From: Candidatus Nomurabacteria bacterium
GTDB lineage: Bacteria; Patescibacteriota; Minisyncoccia; Phycocordibacterales; UBA9973
DNA: 43,194 nucleotides
Assembly (NCBI GenBank): GCA_903862255.1
Contig: CAIOXK010000020.1
Span: 1 to 43,194, forward strand
Direction: 5' to 3'
The notes beneath the pieces were generated by a model. The model was not told where the DNA came from, made no database searches, and worked only from the letters and a program-made list of their open reading frames with translations. Positions 37,311 through 43,194 of the stretch are shown in pieces. The translations under genes were made by a program, and so were the position numbers. Positions within the stretch are counted from its first letter, which is position 1; each line of letters begins with the position of its first letter.

Positions 37311-38420
37311 TTATACTTTCTTTTGATATCGAGAAACATTCAGCACCATCCCAGAAGCAAATAATGCGATAAGTAATGACGTTCCGCCCTGAGAGATAAA
37401 TACCAGTGGCACACCAGTTAAGGGAAATAATCCTACAAGTGATGCCATGTTTAAAAATGACTGCGCAACAAGCACTGTCACAATACCTACTACGAGGTAC
37501 TGTCCAAACATATCGCGTGATTGCATGGCGATTTTATACCCACGGATTGAGAGAAAGACATATAGTACAACTAGTAATGCACTGCCAATAAATCCAAATT
37601 CTTCACCGATCACAGCATAGATCGAATCCCCTTGCGGCTCAGGCAAATAATTAAACTTTTGAACACTTTGACCGAGTCCTCTGCCTACTATTCCACCACT
37701 ACCAATAGCAATTAATCCCTGCTGTAGTTGGTATGAGGCACCTTTTGAATCACTTGATGGGTTAATGTATGTTTTGATGCGACTCATTAAATATGGTCGA
37801 ACAAGTGCCAGTAGTACTACTCCTACAAGACCAATACCAATAATTGCCAAAATTTTCTTCCACGATACGCCTGATACAAATAACATACTGCAAGCTGATG
37901 CGGTAATAAGGATAAGGCTTTTAGTATCAGGTTGTAATAACAAAGCTCCAGCAACAAGACCTAGCATAATAATTAATGGCAATAATTTATATTTAAACTC
38001 TTCTTGTTTTTTACTTGTCCAAGCCAGCCATGATGCAAAATATGTTACAAATCCTAGTTTTAATAATTCTGCCGGTTGAAAAGAAATACCTAAAACAGAA
38101 ATCCAGCGTCGTGCTCCTCCGTGTGCAAATCCAACATGTGGAATAAACACTGCGAGTGTTAACACCAATGTTGCAATAAAAATAAAAAAAGCGTAATTGC
38201 GCCAAAAATGATATGGGATTTTAATTGCAAACCACATTGCAGTTAGTCCGCCAATAAAGCCTAATACAATTTGCCCAAACAATACACCATAAAATTTTGT
38301 CTCACTGTGCGCCAAAATACCTAGTGATGCAGAAACAAAAGAAAAAATACCGATAACTGTGATCAGTAATACGATACCAAAAAAATACGTATCAAACTGT
38401 TTTGGTTTAACAATTGCCAT
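37311..38420 (-). CDS. ftsW: FtsW/RodA/SpoVE (SEDS) family peptidoglycan glycosyltransferase
   Basis: 369 aa and polytopic, with the motifs FQPAELLKL and PEPQGDSIYAVIGEEFGFIG. Confidence 0.9.
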   Translation of the reverse strand: MAIVKPKQFDTYFFGIVLLITVIGIFSFVSASLGILAHSETKFYGVLFGQIVLGFIGGLTAMWFAIKIPYHFWRNYAFFIFIATLVLTLAVFIPHVGFAHGGARRWISVLGISFQPAELLKLGFVTYFASWLAWTSKKQEEFKYKLLPLIIMLGLVAGALLLQPDTKSLILITASACSMLFVSGVSWKKILAIIGIGLVGVVLLALVRPYLMSRIKTYINPSSDSKGASYQLQQGLIAIGSGGIVGRGLGQSVQKFNYLPEPQGDSIYAVIGEEFGFIGSALLVVLYVFLSIRGYKIAMQSRDMFGQYLVVGIVTVLVAQSFLNMASLVGLFPLTGVPLVFISQGGTSLLIALFASGMVLNVSRYQKKV

Positions 38421-38421
38421 G

Positions 38422-39489
38422 CTATTTGCTAATGATTGCTAGGACTACACCAATAATAGCTGCGATAATAGAAACAACCCAATAGCGCATGACTACCTTT
38501 TCTTTTGACCAACCTAATGCTCTAAAATGATGATGTAGTGGTGCGACCTTAAATACGCGGCGATGGCCAAAATATTTATAACTAGTTACCTGAATAATAA
38601 CTGATGCTGTTGTTGCTGTCAGTGGTAGTGCAATGATCGGCAATAGTAGTACTGTATTAGTTAAAAATGCAATAACAGTAAGTACTACGGTGAGACCAAG
38701 CATACCGGTTTCACCCATATAGAAGCGTGCAGGAGGAATATTGAACCAGAGAAATGCCAAAATTGCACCAGAAATAACAGCACATAATGCAGCTATATCG
38801 ATTTGATGCTGAACTGCACTAATAACGGCATACGCAGCAAATACTATTGCCAGTACTCCACCAGCAAGACCATCAAGTCCATCGATTACAGATGTTGAAA
38901 AAACTCCAAGCATCACCAAAATAAAAAATGGTATAAAAAATAACCCCAGACTAACTATTGTAGGAATAAATGGAATATGAATACCGCTGACACCAAGCTT
39001 AAAATAAAACCATGATGCAACAGCAAGTCCGATAGCGATTATCATGCCAATTTTTACCCAACGATTACCCAAAACATCACTAGAAGTATTACCAATTGAT
39101 CCTTTAACCTGCAGTAAATCATCTGCCAATCCTATCCATGACCCCAGCAGCAATGCCACCAATGGTACAAGTGTTTGGTTTTTACTAAAAAAGTCTAATT
39201 TTAATGATAGTGTTGTGGGAAATATTTTCGAGGTAATCCAGATTACTGAAATACAGATTAATACAGATAGCCAGATAATTACTCCACCAACACGCGGTGT
39301 AGCTGTCTCTGCAACTCCATCATGAACAGTGGCAAAATCCTTATTCGTAATATCAGATTCTTGTGCGCGATTATTTTTTTTCCATAACTTACGTTGATAC
39401 ATAATCTTCGTAAGAAAAGGTGTAATAACAATACCAATAATAAATACTAGCGTAGTTGGAAAAAAAATTTTAATTGCATCTAATATCAT
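38422..39489 (-). CDS. mraY: Phospho-N-acetylmuramoyl-pentapeptide transferase
   Basis: 355 aa with the motifs GLADDLLQVKG, IDGLDGLAGG and VAPLHHHF. Confidence 0.93.
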   Translation of the reverse strand: MILDAIKIFFPTTLVFIIGIVITPFLTKIMYQRKLWKKNNRAQESDITNKDFATVHDGVAETATPRVGGVIIWLSVLICISVIWITSKIFPTTLSLKLDFFSKNQTLVPLVALLLGSWIGLADDLLQVKGSIGNTSSDVLGNRWVKIGMIIAIGLAVASWFYFKLGVSGIHIPFIPTIVSLGLFFIPFFILVMLGVFSTSVIDGLDGLAGGVLAIVFAAYAVISAVQHQIDIAALCAVISGAILAFLWFNIPPARFYMGETGMLGLTVVLTVIAFLTNTVLLLPIIALPLTATTASVIIQVTSYKYFGHRRVFKVAPLHHHFRALGWSKEKVVMRYWVVSIIAAIIGVVLAIISK

Positions 39490-39493
39490 ATTG

Positions 39494-40045
39494 TTATTGC
39501 TCGATAGATTGAGTAAGTAATGTTGCGAGTTTTTGGGCTGTTTCTATATACACAGGCAACTGATCAATGTCTGAAACACCAAAAGATTCAAGCAGTGCCA
39601 GTGTCGGATGATATGTAATTGCTCGCCCCATGCCTTTTGTTTCGACCAGTCCACGTATCTGCAATGCTCGCAATGAATATGCAGCATTTACACCGCGGAT
39701 AAGCTCAATCTCAGCCTTTGTTGCGCCTGGCTTATATACAATAACTGCCAATGTTTCAGCACTAGCCTTACTTAAATCTTTTTGCAGCTCTTCTTTGCGC
39801 AGCGTTTCCAAGATCACACTATGTTCAGGACGAGTAGCCAATGTTACACTGTCGCCCTGACGAACAAGCATCATTGCATGATGCTCTAATGATAGACTAA
39901 CCTCATTTAATGCTTCTTCAATTTCTATATCTGATACCTCAAGCAGCTTAACTAGTGATGCAATGGTGTATACATCTGCTGTAGCAAAAAGAATGCTTTC
40001 AATTGTAAGTGATAGTTTGTTCATATTATTCATATAATGATTCAA
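39494..40045 (-). CDS. scpB: Segregation and condensation protein B
   Basis: 183 aa with the motifs IESILFA and IRGVNAAYSLRALQIRGLV. The start may be an internal M, for example at 40024. Confidence 0.88.
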   Translation of the reverse strand: MNHYMNNMNKLSLTIESILFATADVYTIASLVKLLEVSDIEIEEALNEVSLSLEHHAMMLVRQGDSVTLATRPEHSVILETLRKEELQKDLSKASAETLAVIVYKPGATKAEIELIRGVNAAYSLRALQIRGLVETKGMGRAITYHPTLALLESFGVSDIDQLPVYIETAQKLATLLTQSIEQ

Positions 40046-40802
40046 CTGATGGAAATTCCTGCGACTCCACTAGCGCTTCACTTTTTTGCAAAGTAATGTC
40101 CTCAAATAATTCTGACTGTTCCGCAGCAACAATTCCTCGCCGCACTAGTTCTAGCATACCAAGAAATGACACGATAGTGTAGACCTTCTGGCTATGCTCA
40201 TCCATATCAGGTGAAGCAACGCGTATTGCATTGAAGCTAGTAGACAGTGCACGCTCAATACGGTCTTGCAATGTTGAAAGTACCTCTGTAATAGAAATAG
40301 TTTTATAAACACGAGCTTCCGGCTTTTTCACTGCCGGCGGTGGCACGCGACCAAGCATTTCTGCTATTAGTTGAGGCAACTGATCCAGTGTTAATTTTTG
40401 ATCAGGTGCAAATACTACACCAGTCAAACGACGCACTCCTTCAAATGATATTTTTTTACCATATGCTTTTATGAGGTCAGCGGATACATGGCTAATGATT
40501 TGATATAGGACTACGCGTCGCTCAAGATCAGTAATTGATTCTGTCTCTTCAAGAGTAAGCTCAAGGTTTGGTAGAAGTGATCGTGCCTTGATTAAAATTA
40601 ACGTTGCAGCAACGGCTAAAAAGTTAGCTGCCTCATTTGCTTGCATACCAACCGACTGCATGTATTGTATAAAATCATCAGTAACTGATGCCAAAGAAAC
40701 ATCATTAACAAACAATTTTCGTTTTTCAATTAGTTCAAGCAATACCTCAACAGGCCCTTCGAAAACTTCCTGCTTCACCTTAAAAATAGTTTCAGCCTTC
40801 AT
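40026..40802 (-). CDS. scpA: Segregation and condensation protein A
   Basis: 258 aa. FEGPVEVLLELIEKRKLFVNDVSLASVTDDFIQY is the ScpA N-terminal signature. TATAAT lies 11 nt upstream, at 40814-40819. Confidence 0.9.
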   Translation of the reverse strand: MKAETIFKVKQEVFEGPVEVLLELIEKRKLFVNDVSLASVTDDFIQYMQSVGMQANEAANFLAVAATLILIKARSLLPNLELTLEETESITDLERRVVLYQIISHVSADLIKAYGKKISFEGVRRLTGVVFAPDQKLTLDQLPQLIAEMLGRVPPPAVKKPEARVYKTISITEVLSTLQDRIERALSTSFNAIRVASPDMDEHSQKVYTIVSFLGMLELVRRGIVAAEQSELFEDITLQKSEALVESQEFPSVESLYE

Positions 40803-40830
40803 ATAATGACTGCATTATACTGCCTTATGA

Positions 40831-40871
40831 CATAAAAATGAAACACCCCTTTCGTAAAAATGAAAGGGGTG
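40831..40871 (-). terminator. Minus-strand rho-independent terminator immediately upstream of the scpA promoter
   Basis: The minus strand reads CACCCCTTTC atttttac GAAAGGGGTG TTTCATTTTTAT. No T-run follows on the plus strand. Confidence 0.65.
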
Positions 40872-40967
40872 ATGTATTACTAAAGTAACAGTGCAATATT
40901 GAATTAAGAAAAAGAACTTTAAGAAAGTACAAATTTGGTGAAATATAATGAATTATATTTCGATAAA

Positions 40968-41149
40968 AAGGTGTTCCTCGTGCTGACTCTTGGTCAGGTA
41001 ATTACATTATGAACACACGGGTCTGAGGGCATGCAGTGCCTTAGATAGTATTAGCCAAAGGCTCCTACTATCTCCAGATAAATGTGTTCGACTTGTCGAA
41101 CCTGTAGAGAGAGACGAAACGAATCTCCTACAATTTCACTATACACCTT
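40968..41149. ncRNA. Unclassified structured RNA candidate (about 180 nt, multi-stem), strand unresolved
   Basis: - Closing helix: AAGGTGT (40968-40974) with ACACCTT (41143-41149).
- Hairpin: CTGAC/GTCAG (40983-40997).
- Helix GAACACA/TGTGTTC (41011-41017 with 41083-41089), enclosing GGCA/TGCC (41028-41040) and AGATAGTA/TACTATCT (41043-41073), which itself holds an inner AGCC-AAA-GGCT.
- Hairpin: GTTCGAC/GTCGAAC (41086-41101).
- Stem: TGTAGAGA/TCTC-C-TACA (41103-41132).
The region is flanked by a palindromic double -10 element at 40940-40961 and by the terminator at 41162-41185. Confidence 0.5.
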
Positions 41150-41151
41150 CT

Positions 41152-41185
41152 TAAAAAAAAGAAAAGCCTCCGGCTGGAGGCTTTT
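41152..41185 (-). terminator. Rho-independent terminator after aspS (bidirectional)
   Basis: AAAAGCCTCC ggct GGAGGCTTTT, with a long T-run on the minus strand and TTTTCTTTT on the plus strand. Confidence 0.85.
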
Positions 41186-41191
41186 CTTTTG

Positions 41192-42484
41192 CTATGGATT
41201 TAAGCGTTTTACATCACGAGGCAAGTACGTTGCCTCACGAACGTTTGGTAAATCAAGAATTTTCATAATGAATCTTCCTGGGCCGATACCTGCTCCGCCG
41301 TGTGGAGGACAACCCCAACGGAAGAAGTTCAAGTAGTCTTTTAACGCTTCAAGAGACATACCCTTTTCAATTGCCTGCTTCTCAAGAATTTCAATGCGGT
41401 GTTCGCGCTGTGCGAGTGTAGTCACCTCAATACCCTTATAGAGCAAGTCAGCACGCTTACCGCGCCCATCTTCATTGCGCATGTGATAAAAAGCACTTTT
41501 TGAAACATGATATTCAGTAATAAATACGAATTCATGATTATATTTTTCTTGTACATATTCACTGATCGCTCGCTCTTCTTCAGGAGAAAGGTCATGCTCT
41601 TCCCCACTCACTACTCCACGTTCAGCCAAAATCGCCTTTGCTTCAAGCATAGTTATGCGAGGAAATGGTGATGTAGGTACAACAACATTCAGTTCAGGGA
41701 ATTTTTCAGTCAAACGTGTAAAGCCTGAAATAATCATTCCTTCTTCAGCGTCCATGATGTCATGATGAGATTCGATATATGACATTTCAAAGTCCCAACC
41801 AGTGAATTCTGTCAGGTGACGAGTAGTAAATGAAAGTTCTGCACGGAATACTGGACCAGCCATAAATACCCGTTCAAACCCTGAAGCCATCGCCATTTGT
41901 TTATAAAATTGCGGTGACTGTGCTAGGTAAGCCTTGCGATCAAAGTAATTAACTTCAAACACCTCTGCTCCAGTTTCAGAAGGAGTAGACATAAATGAAG
42001 GGGTATAAATCTCTAAGAAATTGTTTTGATCCCAGTATTCACGAAAGCCTTTTTCAAGCTCTGTCCACACCTTAAAGATCTGCAATTTTTCTGGCTTACG
42101 AAGATCTAACCAACGATAGTCGAAACGTGTTGGCGCTTCTGTTTCTTCACCTCCTTTTTTATCTACGATCGGAATTGGTAGCTGTGCATCTGCTGCCGAA
42201 ATTACTTCAATCGTTGTTGCTTCAATTTCAAATCCACCAATAGCCTGTTTTGCTTCTTTTACTAGGCCAGTAACTTTTACTACTGATTCTGTAGAGAGAC
42301 CACTAGAAATTTCAAATGCTTCAGGCTGCTCAATAGTAATAACTGTTTGCAAAATACCAGTAACATCTCGTACAAGCAAAAAGGCAATTTTACTCTGTGC
42401 TCGGATAGTTTGCGCAAAACCGACTATGGATGTTTCCTGTCCTACTAATGACGCAATGTCTTTTATGTATGTTCTTTTAATCAT
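41192..42484 (-). CDS. aspS: Aspartate--tRNA ligase, type 2 (archaeal-like, about 430 aa; class IIb Asp/Asn family)
   Basis: 430 aa with an N-terminal OB fold, motif 2 FRAELSFTTRHLTEFTGWDFEM and motif 3 PPHGGAGIGPGRF. The upstream T-box carries a candidate GAC specifier. Confidence 0.85.
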   Translation of the reverse strand: MIKRTYIKDIASLVGQETSIVGFAQTIRAQSKIAFLLVRDVTGILQTVITIEQPEAFEISSGLSTESVVKVTGLVKEAKQAIGGFEIEATTIEVISAADAQLPIPIVDKKGGEETEAPTRFDYRWLDLRKPEKLQIFKVWTELEKGFREYWDQNNFLEIYTPSFMSTPSETGAEVFEVNYFDRKAYLAQSPQFYKQMAMASGFERVFMAGPVFRAELSFTTRHLTEFTGWDFEMSYIESHHDIMDAEEGMIISGFTRLTEKFPELNVVVPTSPFPRITMLEAKAILAERGVVSGEEHDLSPEEERAISEYVQEKYNHEFVFITEYHVSKSAFYHMRNEDGRGKRADLLYKGIEVTTLAQREHRIEILEKQAIEKGMSLEALKDYLNFFRWGCPPHGGAGIGPGRFIMKILDLPNVREATYLPRDVKRLNP

Positions 42485-42489
42485 ATGTT

Positions 42490-42685
42490 TGTGAGTTGAA
42501 GGGCAAAAAAAATCGCCTCTTCGAACTTATAAATTACTTAATAAGCTCGCAGGGGCGATTTTTCTCAAAAACGCGGTGCCACCCTACTTTTTACTCTTTT
42601 ATGCATGCGGTGCATCAAGCTTGCGCTTCCGTTGCCTCCCTGGTGTCAGCAGATCATTGGTATTCTTATACTACAAGATTTTTAG
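42490..42685 (-). promoter_or_regulatory. T-box leader (tRNA-sensing transcription attenuator) upstream of aspS
   Basis: The minus strand contains AGTAGGGTGGCACCGCG (core at 42572-42584), matching the T-box consensus GGGUGGNACCGCG. It is followed by a long terminator helix (42512-42559) and a T8 run. Candidate specifier triplets in the upstream stem region are GAC-A (42645-42647) and AAC-G (42631-42633). Confidence 0.8.
42504..42559 (-). terminator. Intrinsic terminator of the T-box expression platform
   Basis: The minus strand reads ATCGCCCCTGCGAGCTTAT ... ATAAGTTCGAAGAGGCGAT followed by TTTTTTTT. Confidence 0.8.
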
Positions 42686-42689
42686 AAAT

Positions 42690-42720
42690 AAAAAAAGCCC
42701 CATCTGTCACCCGGGACTTT
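42690..42720 (-). terminator. Rho-independent terminator after the 135-aa hypothetical gene
   Basis: The minus strand reads AAAGTCCC gggtgacagat GGGGCTTTTTTT. The stem needs a G-U wobble that exists only in the minus-strand RNA. Confidence 0.7.
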
Positions 42721-42728
42721 TTAATAGA

Positions 42729-43136
42729 TTAGTTGACCATAGTCACTAATTTCCGATCTACAGGAATCTTGTACACAAACTGGCCATCAACAGGCATGAA
42801 TGGCAAATCTGCAGTCGTTACTTTCAAACTTTTTTGTACATATAACGAATCGTATGCACGATATTCGAAATTACCTTTTTTCGAAAAATGAGCAGAATCC
42901 ACTACATGCACATAACCAACTACATTTTTATGAAGTAGTGCGCTCAGCATTTTTTCACATACTCTTATTTCTAAGGTACATTTTGTTTTACTCAGATGAG
43001 CACTGTAACCAGCACGACCAGGTCCGCATGCTTTTATCATATCGGTCAGATTGGGAAATGCTTCGTCAAACTGTTTAGGGCTACCATGTAAAAGTGTGTT
43101 GCCCGAAGCAACAAGTGATTGCAGTACTTTTCTCAT
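42729..43136 (-). CDS. Hypothetical protein (135 aa, no recognisable domain)
   Basis: ATG-initiated ORF followed by its own terminator. No motif recognised. Confidence 0.55.
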   Translation of the reverse strand: MRKVLQSLVASGNTLLHGSPKQFDEAFPNLTDMIKACGPGRAGYSAHLSKTKCTLEIRVCEKMLSALLHKNVVGYVHVVDSAHFSKKGNFEYRAYDSLYVQKSLKVTTADLPFMPVDGQFVYKIPVDRKLVTMVN

Positions 43137-43194
43137 AATCTATTGAATTTTGGTTTCCGAGTATTAAAGCATGGATATGTTTTTAATCAAATAC

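Noticed and set aside
41086-41123. GGTTCGAC (tmRNA 5'-like) and CGAAAC / CTGAGG (hammerhead-like) strings inside the structured RNA candidate.
   Set aside because: There is no GGGG acceptor 5' end and no tRNA-like T-arm/CCA 3' end for a tmRNA. The hammerhead core CUGANGA is not satisfied (CTGAGGG), and the stems are not positioned correctly.

Overview
AT-rich bacterial chromosomal segment with about 40 genes, mostly on the minus strand. ORFs are long and uninterrupted, so the standard code applies. I found no rRNA, tRNA, CRISPR array, transposase or integrase.

Housekeeping content:
- a partial HI0933-like flavoprotein, an ABC-F ATPase and a flippase-like membrane protein
- lexA behind a textbook SOS promoter
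- a dedA / gpmI / eno block
- a complete F1Fo ATP synthase operon (atpBEFHAGDC)
- an ECF sigma factor plus a membrane protein, divergent from uppP
- scpA-scpB-mraY-ftsW, then murG
- an archaeal-type aspS preceded by a T-box leader

Accessory content (about 17-37 kb):
- an FMN-binding protein / ApbE / DoxX module
- a P-type cation ATPase
- a MarR / 2x HlyD-like / DHA2-MFS efflux operon
- an OmpR-type response regulator and an intramembrane-type histidine kinase whose 3' end overlaps a 626-aa fusion protein. This protein carries squalene-hopene-cyclase-like motifs (DxDDT, QW-like) at the N-terminus and squalene/phytoene-synthase-like Asp-rich motifs at the C-terminus. It is my top candidate for an undescribed system.
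- a heterodimeric ABC exporter pair
- a signal-peptide, beta-rich protein inserted on the opposite strand between ftsW and murG

Other points worth a second look:
- a densely structured RNA candidate of about 180 nt between aspS and scpA
- a recurring TATAAT-N6-8-ATG arrangement with no Shine-Dalgarno sequences, implying widespread leaderless expression
- a 13-bp perfect palindrome straddling the -35 of the atp promoter

The gene content (Gram-positive-type LexA box, T-box, reduced dcw cluster, archaeal-type AspRS) suggests a small-genome monoderm-type lineage, possibly CPR/Saccharibacteria-like. That is inference only. All functional calls come from reading motifs by eye; no searches were run.
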